A DNA stretch of 64,000 nt. Source: an uncultured Acidobacteriaceae bacterium. GTDB lineage: Bacteria; Acidobacteriota; Terriglobia; Terriglobales; Acidobacteriaceae. Each line of letters opens with the position of its first letter. Positions within the stretch are counted from its first letter, which is position 1. Below, piece after piece: positions 18,748-27,641 of the stretch. A program made the translations under genes and the position numbers. The stretch spans positions 807,998-871,997 of the forward strand of contig CAVVGM010000004.1 of NCBI GenBank assembly GCA_963747805.1, given 5' to 3'. Below the pieces are notes generated by a model. That model saw nothing but the letters and a program-made list of their open reading frames with translations, did not search any database and had not been told where the DNA came from.

Positions 18748-19254
18748 ATGAAAATCTCGCAAAAAGGACTGTACGCGCTGCAGGCCATGATGATGCTGGC
18801 CCGTCATCACCACCAGGGCGCCATCAAGATCCGTGACATTGCCTACGAAGAAGACTTGCCCGAGAAATTTCTGGAACTGATTCTGCTGGAGCTGAAGAAC
18901 GCACGGATGGTCGAGAGTGTACGCGGGGCCAAGGGCGGCTACCAGCTGCGGCGCGAGCCGGGCGAGATCCGGTTGAGTGAGATCATCCGCCTGATTGACG
19001 GACCACTAGCGCCCTTCGGCGACGCCGAACAACTGCGCGCGCTGATCGATCGCGACCTGCCGCACCGGGCCCTGTACCAGGTTTTTCTGGACGTTCGCGA
19101 TGCTGCGGCGAAAATCCTGGAGCATACGAGCCTGGCAGATCTGATTGTGGATCCCGGCCCGCGATCGGGCAAAAGCTCCAAGCGGCAGCGTACGCAGAAG
19201 AAGGAAGCGCGCAGTGTTCTGCCCATGGTAGTCGGAGGCGGCAAGGCTGAGTGA
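18748..19254 (+). CDS. Rrf2-family transcriptional regulator
   Basis: MKISQKGLYALQAMMMLA...IRDIAYEEDLPEKFLELILLELKNARMVESVRGAKGGYQL. Confidence 0.85.
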   Translation: MKISQKGLYALQAMMMLARHHHQGAIKIRDIAYEEDLPEKFLELILLELKNARMVESVRGAKGGYQLRREPGEIRLSEIIRLIDGPLAPFGDAEQLRALIDRDLPHRALYQVFLDVRDAAAKILEHTSLADLIVDPGPRSGKSSKRQRTQKKEARSVLPMVVGGGKAE

Positions 19255-19386
19255 GAATTCCTGACTACCGAAACTTCAGCGACTGAGGAACTGCGCCCTT
19301 TGAAGCGGAGCGGAAACCGAGTTTTTCCGACAAGCAGAGAAGTATTCCGCATCATTCTGCGCGTTTGAAACGTGGTTGATGACCTC

Positions 19387-20556
19387 ATGAGTTCGAGACG
19401 CGATTTTCTGAAGCAGATGTCCGGTGCAGCGCTGGCGGCAGGATCGGCGCCGGCAATGCTGGCTTGGGCGCTTCCGTTGCCGCAGGCGCAGGGCGTGGAG
19501 GTTCCCGGCGAAGATGGAATGATTCTCCGGTCGTTCCGTTTCGTGGACCTGGAAACTCCGGTCGAGTATTTCAAAAGTTGGCTCACCCCGGTTCCTCACT
19601 TCTTCGTGCGTAACCATATGCACGAGCCGAGCGAGCTCAACGCCGACGACTGGAGGCTGACGATTGGCGGCGAGGTCGAAAAACCGCTCACCCTGAACCT
19701 GACCGAACTCTCAAAGTTCGAAACGCATGCGGTCGTCAACACGCTGGAATGCGCGGGCAACGGACGAAGCCTGCAGCGGCCGCAGGTTCCCGGCATTCAG
19801 TGGGGTAAGGGCGCGGTGAGCACGGCGCGGTTTTCCGGTCCCCGACTGCGCGAGGTGCTGCAGCGCGCCGGACTGAAGCCCAGCGGCAAGCATGTGATGT
19901 TTCGCGGACTCGATGAAGTCCCGGGAAAAGTTCCACCGTTTATTCGCAGCATCCCGATCGACAAGGCGCTGGATTCCGATACGCTGGTGGCTACTCACAT
20001 GAATGGGGCTGCGCTCACCAAGCATCACGGCTTTCCCGCGCGCGCCCTGGTTCCGGGCTGGATTGGCGCAGCCTCGTGCAAGTGGCTCACCGAGATCAAA
20101 GTGCTGGAAAGCGAATTCGTGGGCAACTTCATGAGTCCAGGCTACCGTTTTCCTAACCAACCCGTGAAACCGGGAGATGCGGTGAAGCCGGAAGATACTC
20201 ACCCGTTGACTGCACTGAGCGTGAAGTCGGTCATCTCGGGCCCTGGCGACGGAGCGAATGTGAAGGCGGGGAAAGTCGCGGTGCACGGAGCCGCGTGGGC
20301 CGGCGAGGCCGACGTCGTCAAGGTGGAAGTCTCCACCGATGGCGGCTCGACCTGGAATTCTGCGAAGCTTGGTCATGAGCAGGCGCACTACGCCTGGCGC
20401 CTGTGGAGTTATGAATGGAAAGCCAAAGGCGGCGACTACACCGTTCTTTCGCGTGCCACCGATTCACAGGGGCGTACTCAACCCGCTGCGCCGCTGTGGA
20501 ATCCCAGCGGCTATCTTTACAACGCAGTCGATCAGGTGAAAGTCCATGTTTCGTAA
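19387..20556 (+). CDS. Sulfite-oxidase-family molybdopterin oxidoreductase (SorA-like) with a Tat signal
   Basis: MSSRRDFLKQMSGAALAAGSAPAMLAWA twin-arginine leader, the Mo-ligand Cys context NTLECAGNGR, and a C-terminal dimerisation/Ig-like part. Confidence 0.8.
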   Translation: MSSRRDFLKQMSGAALAAGSAPAMLAWALPLPQAQGVEVPGEDGMILRSFRFVDLETPVEYFKSWLTPVPHFFVRNHMHEPSELNADDWRLTIGGEVEKPLTLNLTELSKFETHAVVNTLECAGNGRSLQRPQVPGIQWGKGAVSTARFSGPRLREVLQRAGLKPSGKHVMFRGLDEVPGKVPPFIRSIPIDKALDSDTLVATHMNGAALTKHHGFPARALVPGWIGAASCKWLTEIKVLESEFVGNFMSPGYRFPNQPVKPGDAVKPEDTHPLTALSVKSVISGPGDGANVKAGKVAVHGAAWAGEADVVKVEVSTDGGSTWNSAKLGHEQAHYAWRLWSYEWKAKGGDYTVLSRATDSQGRTQPAAPLWNPSGYLYNAVDQVKVHVS

Positions 20557-20998
20557 TCTGAGGGGTCATGCGTCGCCGCATAGTATGTGGGGAAGCGGGA
20601 AGCAGCGAAAATGTTGGCTTGCCCCGGTCGTACTCGCAGAAGCCGTTGTGGTCATAATCACCATGGCGTTACCCCTCTGGCCATTATCGGACAAGCCAAT
20701 ACCAGCGAAGGTAACGGAAGATCTGCCGGCTGGGACGATGCGGGCGAAAGCAACGACCGCGTGTCTGGAGTGTCATGAAGCTCGCATCATCCTGCAGCAA
20801 AGGCTGAGCAAGGGTGCATGGACCAAGGAAGTGGACAAGATGGTGAAGTGGGGAGCGGTAGTCGATGCCAACGATCACGACGCGCTGATCGATTATCTGA
20901 GCACGAACTTCAGCCCCGATCAGCCTGCCTACGAGCCGCCCCGGACTGCCGCTGACAGGAGCACTTCTGAAAAGAGCGCTGGAAAACCCTCAAAGTAG
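20546..20998 (+). CDS. Membrane-anchored mono-haem c-type cytochrome (SorB-like partner)
   Basis: Single CLECH haem motif after an N-terminal hydrophobic anchor. Overlaps the Mo-enzyme gene by 11 nt; ATG at 20585 is an alternative start. Confidence 0.65.
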   Translation: MFRNLRGHASPHSMWGSGKQRKCWLAPVVLAEAVVVIITMALPLWPLSDKPIPAKVTEDLPAGTMRAKATTACLECHEARIILQQRLSKGAWTKEVDKMVKWGAVVDANDHDALIDYLSTNFSPDQPAYEPPRTAADRSTSEKSAGKPSK

Positions 20999-21205
20999 AA
21001 TTGCAAAAAGCAAAGCGCCACCGACCCAGTGTCCAGAGGTTTCACGGACACTACGGCAGCGCTGCCCCTTGATGAACCCAAACTGATGGAAAAAGTATAG
21101 AAATGCCACTGCACCAATCCTAGTGCATAGTGGGGTACCTGGATGTTAATAGAAGGCAGCTTAATACCCGGACGCCCAATACAAGCAATCTTAATTGCAA
21201 ATCAG

Positions 21206-22804
21206 TTAGGGCTTTTCCTGTGGTTCCCCTGGGTCCTCCGTGGTTGAGCCTTTCTCCGGCCGCAACAGCGGAAAAAGAATCACGTCCCGGATGGTGTGCG
21301 AATCGGTCAGAAGCATGCACAGGCGATCAACGCCCACGCCGACTCCTCCAGCCGGCGGCATACCGTAAGAGAGCGCGCGAATGTAGTCTTCATCCATCTG
21401 GTGGGCTTCTTCGTCTCCGCGCTCGCGCTCCTGCAATTGCGCCTCAAAGCGGCGGCGTTGGTCTTCGGGATCGTTGAGTTCGCTGAAGCCGTTGGAAATT
21501 TCCATTTGCCCAGCATAGATCTCCCATCGCTCGGTCCATTCCGGCTCGTCCGGCTTCTGCTTGGAGAGCGGAGAGATGGCGGTAGGGAACTCATAGATGA
21601 TCGTGGGTTGGGTCAGATGCTCCTCGGCGGCAGCCTCAAATAGGTTGGCGATGGTCTTTCCCAGCGGCGCATTGGGATCGTAGGCCACATGCGCGTGTGC
21701 CTGATTGAAGCGCGTCACGAGATTCTTCACGCCTTCGGGAGAAGCGAACTCACTCATTTCGGGCTTCGGGCCTGCGGTTTCGGGCCAGTAAAGAATAATC
21801 GCCTCGCGCATGGTCAATCGCTGCCAGTTCGCCCAGTCAATTTCCTGATTCCCCCATTTCGCTTTCGTGGTGCCGTTCACGTCTTTCGCCGCTTGAGTGA
21901 TGATTTCCTGCGTCAGGTCCATCACACCTTGATAATCGGTATAAGCCTGGTAAAACTCGAGCATGGTGAACTCGGGATTCCAGCGCCAGCCCAGGCCTTC
22001 GTTGCGGAAGTTGCGGTTGATTTCGTACACGCGATCGAATCCGCCGACGACTAGGCGCTTGAGATAAAGTTCGGGCGCGATGCGCAGGTAGAGATCCATG
22101 TCGAGCGTGTTGTGATGCGTAACGAATGGCCGCGCCACGGCGCCGCCTGCGATCGGCTGCATCATCGGCGTTTCAACCTCGATGAATCCGTGCGAGTCGA
22201 GGGTGCGCCGCATCGACTGCACCAGCTTGCTGCGCTTCAGGAAAACTTCGCGCACCTCAGGGTTGACCACTAGGTCGACGTAGCGTTGCCGGTAGCGCAG
22301 CTCTACGTCCGCGAACCCGTGCCATCTCTCGGCGGGGCCGGCGGTAGTGGCATCTCCTTCAATCGCCTTGCCCACAGGCAGCGGCAGCAAGTCTTTGCTC
22401 AGGAATGCGATCTCCTCGACGTGCACAGTGAGTTCGCCCGTGCGGGTGCGGAACAGGTATCCGCTAACGCCAATGTGGTCGCCGAGGTCGAGTAACTTAT
22501 AGAGCTCGAAACCCTTCTCACCGACCGCATCTTTCTTCACGTAGATCTGCAGCTTCTGCCCACCCTGCTGCAGATGGGCGAACCCAGCCTTTCCCATGAG
22601 GCGAATCGCCATGAGGCGTCCGGCGACGCGCACACTCACGCGCGGGTCTTCAAGCTGTTCCGCGGTTTTCGGCAAATAATGAGCCAGAATTTGCGGGATG
22701 GTATGCGTGAACTGGTATTGGCTGCGGTACGTGGGCTGGCCCAGGGCTTCAATCTGTTTCAGTTTCTCGCGCCGCAGTTCGTAGATTTCATCGTCGAGTG
22801 ACAA
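21206..22804 (-). CDS. lysS: Lysine--tRNA ligase (class II)
   Basis: OB-fold N-terminus plus class II motifs (FIEVETPMMQ, YLRIAPELYLKRL, VYEINRNFRNEG, GGVGVGVDRL). The probable start is TTG at 22804, after an AAGGA RBS. The track ORF extends to 22903. Confidence 0.9.
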   Translation of the reverse strand: MSLDDEIYELRREKLKQIEALGQPTYRSQYQFTHTIPQILAHYLPKTAEQLEDPRVSVRVAGRLMAIRLMGKAGFAHLQQGGQKLQIYVKKDAVGEKGFELYKLLDLGDHIGVSGYLFRTRTGELTVHVEEIAFLSKDLLPLPVGKAIEGDATTAGPAERWHGFADVELRYRQRYVDLVVNPEVREVFLKRSKLVQSMRRTLDSHGFIEVETPMMQPIAGGAVARPFVTHHNTLDMDLYLRIAPELYLKRLVVGGFDRVYEINRNFRNEGLGWRWNPEFTMLEFYQAYTDYQGVMDLTQEIITQAAKDVNGTTKAKWGNQEIDWANWQRLTMREAIILYWPETAGPKPEMSEFASPEGVKNLVTRFNQAHAHVAYDPNAPLGKTIANLFEAAAEEHLTQPTIIYEFPTAISPLSKQKPDEPEWTERWEIYAGQMEISNGFSELNDPEDQRRRFEAQLQERERGDEEAHQMDEDYIRALSYGMPPAGGVGVGVDRLCMLLTDSHTIRDVILFPLLRPEKGSTTEDPGEPQEKP

Positions 22805-22971
22805 GAGTGTCCTTTGAGCAGGGAATTGCGCTGCAAGCAGCACAGAGTTCAATGAAAAGAAATCAACGAGAACGTGAAAACAGTGAAACCAGATTATAAA
22901 CAACCCGCGGGCCGGAGAGTGTGCCAGCCTGGTCGCTGTCGCCGGTCCGTGCCGCCTAAACGCGCGATCAC

Positions 22972-23301
22972 TTGCCTCTACCTATGTACTCTGGTACATT
23001 GGTACACATGGTGGACGATCAGAAACTGGTAGTGGAGCGGGTGCAAACCGGAGTTCGCATCGAGAAGCGAATACTCAAAGTGCTCAAGGCGTTCGCCGAG
23101 TACCACGACATGACGCTGGGCGATGTGCTGGAGGGTATTGTGCTGCATGCCTTCGACGGGAAGACACCGTTCAGTCCGGCTTCGCTGGAACGCATCCAGG
23201 CGTTGAAGAAATTCTACGAACTGGATCTCGACTCCAGCGCCAGCCATCGGCTCAAAGAAATTAAGGGCAGAGCAACGCGCAAGCGGGCAGCGGAAAAATA
23301 A
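22972..23301 (+). CDS. Hypothetical small protein
   Basis: ORF with protein-like composition. The start is ambiguous (TTG 22972, ATG 22984 or ATG 23008). I recognise no family. Confidence 0.45.
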   Translation: MPLPMYSGTLVHMVDDQKLVVERVQTGVRIEKRILKVLKAFAEYHDMTLGDVLEGIVLHAFDGKTPFSPASLERIQALKKFYELDLDSSASHRLKEIKGRATRKRAAEK

Positions 23302-23316
23302 AGGGAGCGAGCGAAT

Positions 23317-23670
23317 ATGGCCGACCAACGCACTAAGATTGCCCTCACCGGCTTGCAGTGGACCCTGGGCGTCGTAATTCTGATCGAATCCGTTTTATTT
23401 CTTATGCCCGCTGCCGGGCGCGACTTTGCCCGCACTCACATGCCAAATTTTGTCCGGCTGATTCTGGGCTGCGGAGAAATCTTCGGATCGGTCCTGCTGT
23501 TGATTCCACGAACTGCGATCCGTGGCGGCTGGGTTCTGGTCGCGGTTTTCGTACTGGCGATCGTAATTCACCTGCTGCATGGCACCTACAACGTAGGCAA
23601 TTTGGCGATCTATGCCGCGGCGGCGTGGGCCGTTGCGGTCGGCAAGGCAGCGCCACAGAGGCTAAGTTAG
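23317..23670 (+). CDS. DoxX-like small membrane protein
   Basis: Four hydrophobic helices with a layout typical of DoxX-family proteins (LQWTLGVVILIESVLF, RLILGCGEIFGSVLLLIP). Confidence 0.6.
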   Translation: MADQRTKIALTGLQWTLGVVILIESVLFLMPAAGRDFARTHMPNFVRLILGCGEIFGSVLLLIPRTAIRGGWVLVAVFVLAIVIHLLHGTYNVGNLAIYAAAAWAVAVGKAAPQRLS

Positions 23671-23676
23671 CCCGCA

Positions 23677-24381
23677 ATGGTTCCGTTCAAGGCATTGCTC
23701 GTGGAAGGGACATCGGGCGTTGGGAAGTCGACTCTGATCGACGCTCTGATCCGCCGTCATGTTGCAGCGTCTTTGCCGCGGAAGATCCGAACGTTGGTTC
23801 ATCTCGCACAGTCGCATACCTACGGTCCGCTCGCACAGTCAGAAGATGACGGCACTCTGACGACGGAAGCGAACCTGCAGCATTTAGAGCGCGTTGTCGG
23901 AACCATCGAATGGCTGCATGCCAGCGTGCAGGAGCACGCTCGCCCATGGTGTTTCGTGCTGATCGACACGTTGCATCTGACGCACTGCGTTCGACCCGGA
24001 GCCGTGAAATGGAGCGATGTTGAGCCGTTCGATCATCGGCTCGCACTCGTTGGATGCAAGCTGCTTTTCTTGCGCGCGGCCCCCACTGCGATTCTGCAGC
24101 GAGGAGTCGTGCCTCGAAGAAACGAGCAGTTCATCCAGGAGTACGCCAGGAAGTTCGGGCGGAACGAGGAGGAGATTCACCGGTATTTCGTCGGCGAACA
24201 GGAAACGCTTGCTGGCTTGTTTTCGCATTCGACGATGCCGAAGCTGCTCGCGCAAAATGATCGGACCGTCGACGAGATTACGAATGAAGCGTATCGGTTC
24301 TGGACAGAAGAGGTCGTCGAAAGCCGGTCAACAGAGAATTTGCTCCGTTCAGAAGCCGCAGGCAAAAAGGCTGAAGCATGA
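23677..24381 (+). CDS. P-loop NTPase/kinase-like protein
   Basis: Walker A VEGTSGVGKST near the N-terminus and a size typical of small-molecule or nucleoside kinases. The family is not resolved. Confidence 0.6.
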   Translation: MVPFKALLVEGTSGVGKSTLIDALIRRHVAASLPRKIRTLVHLAQSHTYGPLAQSEDDGTLTTEANLQHLERVVGTIEWLHASVQEHARPWCFVLIDTLHLTHCVRPGAVKWSDVEPFDHRLALVGCKLLFLRAAPTAILQRGVVPRRNEQFIQEYARKFGRNEEEIHRYFVGEQETLAGLFSHSTMPKLLAQNDRTVDEITNEAYRFWTEEVVESRSTENLLRSEAAGKKAEA

Positions 24382-24767
24382 CGACCGAAGAACTCATCGA
24401 TCGATTCGAACGCGGCCTCTCTCCGGACGATTCTTTTCACCACGCCGATCATGTCCACCTGGCGTTTGCGTATCTGTCTCAGTATCCGGTTCTGCAGGCG
24501 CTGGGGAAATTTGCAGCTGCCCTGAAGCGATTCGCCGAGGCTCGCGGCAAGTCGCAGCTTTATCACGAGACGATTACCTATTCCTATTTCTTCCTCATTC
24601 GCGAACGCATGGCGCGCTGCGACGGTGTGGAATGGGAGGACTTTGCCCGCCGGAATCCCGACCTGCTGATATGGAAGGACGGCATACTGACCCGCTACTA
24701 TCACGAAGCGACTCTGAAATCCGACCTTGCGCGAACTGTGTTTGTTTTTCCTGACAAATACCGCTGA
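24378..24767 (+). CDS. Hypothetical protein, translationally coupled to the P-loop gene
   Basis: ATGA start/stop overlap with the P-loop gene. Helical, protein-like composition. Confidence 0.5.
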   Translation: MTTEELIDRFERGLSPDDSFHHADHVHLAFAYLSQYPVLQALGKFAAALKRFAEARGKSQLYHETITYSYFFLIRERMARCDGVEWEDFARRNPDLLIWKDGILTRYYHEATLKSDLARTVFVFPDKYR

Positions 24768-24868
24768 ACTTGCGTAGTCGACAACGCGCCTCCCCATGCA
24801 CCTAGCTTTTCCTTGAAGTGAAACGCCATCGGCGCTACTATGGCCTGCTACTGAACGCAAGGCATTTT

Positions 24869-25225
24869 ATGCCGCAAAACTACGTTCCCATCTTCATCTT
24901 CATTGCATTGGTTGGCGTGATGTTGCCGGTCACGCTCCTGGCTGCGAAGCTAGTGCGCCCGGATAATCCGAGCAAGACCAAGCTTATGCCGTACGAATGC
25001 GGCATCGACCCTATCGACAGCGCTCGCGGCCGCTATACGGTTCGGTATTACATCATCGCGATTCTTTTCGTAGTCTTCGATGTAGAAACGATTTTTCTGT
25101 TTCCCTGGGCGGTCAAGTTCAAGGCTTTTGGACTATTTGGCCTGATCGAGATGCTGATTTTCCTCGTCATCCTGATCGTGGGCTACATCTGGGTGTGGAA
25201 AAAAGGCGCGCTGGAATGGGTGTAA
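24869..25225 (+). CDS. nuoA: NADH-quinone oxidoreductase subunit A
   Basis: PYECGIDP...RYYIIAILFVVFDVETIFLFPWA signature. ATG at 24869 gives a typical ~118-aa NuoA. Confidence 0.9.
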   Translation: MPQNYVPIFIFIALVGVMLPVTLLAAKLVRPDNPSKTKLMPYECGIDPIDSARGRYTVRYYIIAILFVVFDVETIFLFPWAVKFKAFGLFGLIEMLIFLVILIVGYIWVWKKGALEWV

Positions 25226-25551
25226 CGCCGGCCACTCCCGCAGGCGCCGGCCCCACGGACACGTTCAGCGCCAGCCGCTGGACGCATGGCAACTTTCTGT
25301 TTCCCACACGGCTGGTGGTCAGTCCACAACGCGTGAGCCGGGTGAAGTCGCGTTTCTTCGGCAGCAACGAAGAGAGCATCGCCATGTCGAAGGTGGCGTC
25401 GGTGCATATTTCCACCGGCGTGTTCTGGTCGGAGATTCGTATCGAATCCACCGGCGGCACCGACCCCATCACCAGCCACGGCCACCGGAAAGCGGATGCG
25501 CAACGTATCCGCGCGCTAATCGAGGCATACCAGGGGCAGGCTCGCGTCTAG
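25216..25551 (+). CDS. Small bacterial PH-like (bPH) domain protein in the position normally held by nuoB
   Basis: ATG at 25216 overlaps the nuoA stop. WTHGNFLFPTRLVVSPQRVSRVKSRFFGSNEESIAMSKVASVHISTGVFWSEIRIESTGG resembles bPH-type small proteins as I remember them. This is not a NuoB sequence: it has no CCxxE or CPP Fe-S motifs. Confidence 0.5.
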   Translation: MGVTPATPAGAGPTDTFSASRWTHGNFLFPTRLVVSPQRVSRVKSRFFGSNEESIAMSKVASVHISTGVFWSEIRIESTGGTDPITSHGHRKADAQRIRALIEAYQGQARV

Positions 25552-25686
25552 CCGGAGTTCGCCCGCGACGCGCGAAGATTTTACAAACTCTTGCCCTGTG
25601 ATCTCGTTGACACCGTTTCTCCAAGCTGATAAAAGTTAACGTTCTTTGCAACGCAGACTGCGCCGAGGTCTGCGCGTTCGCGAGCC

Positions 25687-26442
25687 ATGCCGGACGAAAC
25701 CAAATCCCCGTCTACACCGCCGCCGGAAGATGCGCCGAAGCCGACGGCGGATCAGCCCGCGACTCCGAGCGGAGTCAAAGCTACTCCGTCGGGATCGGTT
25801 CAATCAGAGACGAAAACCCCTCCCGACAAGCCTGCCCCTGCTGGGGCGGTTCCGCCGAAACCAGCGTCTGGTGCGCCGGCAGCCGCGAAGCCCGCTGCCC
25901 CCGCTGCAGCGCATGCCGCTCCCGCGAAACCTGCCGCCCCCGTGCCCACTCCCTGGGACTCGCCCATGGTCGCGAGGTTCAAGCGCGAATACGGTTCCGG
26001 AGTCGAGCCGCTGACACATCTTGGGCAGAATTACATGGTCGTGGACCGTTCGCTCATCCCCGAAATTTTGCAGATCCTGCGCAACGAAGAACAGTTCGAC
26101 TACTGTGTGGATCTCACCGCAGTGCACTATCCCCAGCGCGAGAAGCAGTTCGATGTGGTTTGGGTGCTTTATTCCTTTCCGCGCAACGAACGCATCCGCG
26201 TAACCACGCGCATCGCCGACGGCGAGACTCTGCCGAGTTCGGTTCCCATCTGGACGACAACGAACTGGCTGGAGCGCGAAGTCTACGACATGTTTGGCAT
26301 CAAGTTTGACGGACATCCTGACATGAAGCGCATCCTGCTTCCCGACGGCTGGAAGGGACATCCCCTGCGCAAAGATTACGGCATCCTGCAGCAGGATAAC
26401 GAGTGGGTGCAGATCAACCTGGGAATTGAGAGCGGACAGTAG
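25687..26442 (+). CDS. nuoC: NADH-quinone oxidoreductase subunit C with a ~90-aa Pro/Ala/Lys-rich N-terminal extension
   Basis: The C-terminal 160 aa carry the NuoC pattern (DLTAVHYP...[30 protein letters not shown]). Confidence 0.9.
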   Translation: MPDETKSPSTPPPEDAPKPTADQPATPSGVKATPSGSVQSETKTPPDKPAPAGAVPPKPASGAPAAAKPAAPAAAHAAPAKPAAPVPTPWDSPMVARFKREYGSGVEPLTHLGQNYMVVDRSLIPEILQILRNEEQFDYCVDLTAVHYPQREKQFDVVWVLYSFPRNERIRVTTRIADGETLPSSVPIWTTTNWLEREVYDMFGIKFDGHPDMKRILLPDGWKGHPLRKDYGILQQDNEWVQINLGIESGQ

Positions 26443-26489
26443 ATACGGAGCTAGAGAAACCAACCAACGGAATTAGATCTGCGTATTTA

Positions 26490-27641
26490 ATGACCGACCC
26501 GAACACACTCTCGCCGCTCGATCTCGAAACGCCAGACAAGACGTTTCTCGACGCGAACGAGCTGGTCATCAACATGGGCCCGCAGCATCCTGCGACCCAC
26601 GGCGTGCTGCGCGTAATTTTGCGGCTGGATGGCGAGAAGGTGATGGGCCTGGAGTGCGTGATCGGCTACCTGCATCGCGGCGTCGAAAAAATTGCCGAGA
26701 ACCGCACCTACACAATGTTCAATCCCTACGTCGACCGCATGGATTACGTGGCCGCGGTCTCGAACGGCCTGGGATACTGCGAGACGGTCGAGAAGTTGCT
26801 GGGAGTGGAAGCTCCGCCGCGCGCGCAATATATTCGCGTCATCCTGACTGAGTTGAACCGCATGGCCAGTCACCAGCTTTGGCTGGGGACGCACGCGCTC
26901 GATATCGGCGCCATCACACCGCTGTTCTACACCTTTCGCGACCGCGAAGAGATTCTTAAGATCTTCGAAAAATATTGCGGCGCGCGTCTCACGACGCACG
27001 CCTTTCGCATCGGCGGCTTGCAATACGAGGCTTACGACGGCTTCGAGAAAGATGTGAAGAACTTCATTGCCTTCGTCACGCCGAAGATTGACGAATACGA
27101 AGAACTGCTGACCACGAATCGCATCTGGGTGGAGCGAACCAAAGGTGTCGGCGTCATCTCCGCCAAAGACGCGATCGCCCTGGGCGTTACCGGACCGGTG
27201 CTGCGGGCCAGCGGCGTGAAGTGGGACCTGCGCAAGGCGCAGCCCTACGCCAACTACAAGAATTTCGATTTCGAAATTCCCACCGGACAAAATGGCGACA
27301 CCTATGACCGGTATCTGGTGCGCATGGTCGAAATGCGGCAGTCGTTGCGCATCATCCAGCAGGCCGTGGACGGGTTGCCCGAAGGTCCTGTCATGGCGAA
27401 AGTTCCCAAGGTGATGAAGCCGCCAGTCGGCGAGGTGTATCACTCGATTGAAGCGCCGAAAGGCGAGCTGGGATATTTCATCGTGAGCGACGGCTCCACG
27501 CAGCCTTACCGGGTGCGCGTTCGCCCACCGTCTTTCGTGAACCTGCAGGCTCTGGATGTGATGTGCCGCGGCCAGCTCGTGGCCGATGTGATCGCCGTGA
27601 TCGGCACCCTCGACATTGTTCTCGGTGAGGTGGACCGCTGA
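26490..27641 (+). CDS. nuoD: NADH-quinone oxidoreductase subunit D
   Basis: [23 protein letters not shown], ...[13 protein letters not shown]...DIVLGEVDR. Confidence 0.95.
   Translation: MTDPNTLSPLDLETPDKTFLDANELVINMGPQHPATHGVLRVILRLDGEKVMGLECVIGYLHRGVEKIAENRTYTMFNPYVDRMDYVAAVSNGLGYCETVEKLLGVEAPPRAQYIRVILTELNRMASHQLWLGTHALDIGAITPLFYTFRDREEILKIFEKYCGARLTTHAFRIGGLQYEAYDGFEKDVKNFIAFVTPKIDEYEELLTTNRIWVERTKGVGVISAKDAIALGVTGPVLRASGVKWDLRKAQPYANYKNFDFEIPTGQNGDTYDRYLVRMVEMRQSLRIIQQAVDGLPEGPVMAKVPKVMKPPVGEVYHSIEAPKGELGYFIVSDGSTQPYRVRVRPPSFVNLQALDVMCRGQLVADVIAVIGTLDIVLGEVDR

Noticed and set aside
22984-23010. GTAC-rich direct repeat (TGGTACATTGGTACACATGG) at the 5' end of the 109-aa hypothetical ORF
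   Set aside because: It is short, lies inside a possible coding start region, and has no partner site elsewhere. It could be an operator but is not distinguishable from chance.
25552-25686. Search for a degraded nuoB remnant between the bPH-like ORF and nuoC
   Set aside because: No frame shows CCxxE, GxCxxxGG or CPP-type NuoB motifs. The space holds only 135 nt of spacer plus the low-complexity NuoC extension.
26487-27443. 318-aa minus-strand ORF
   Set aside because: It lies entirely antisense to nuoD, whose identity is unambiguous, and has shadow-ORF composition.
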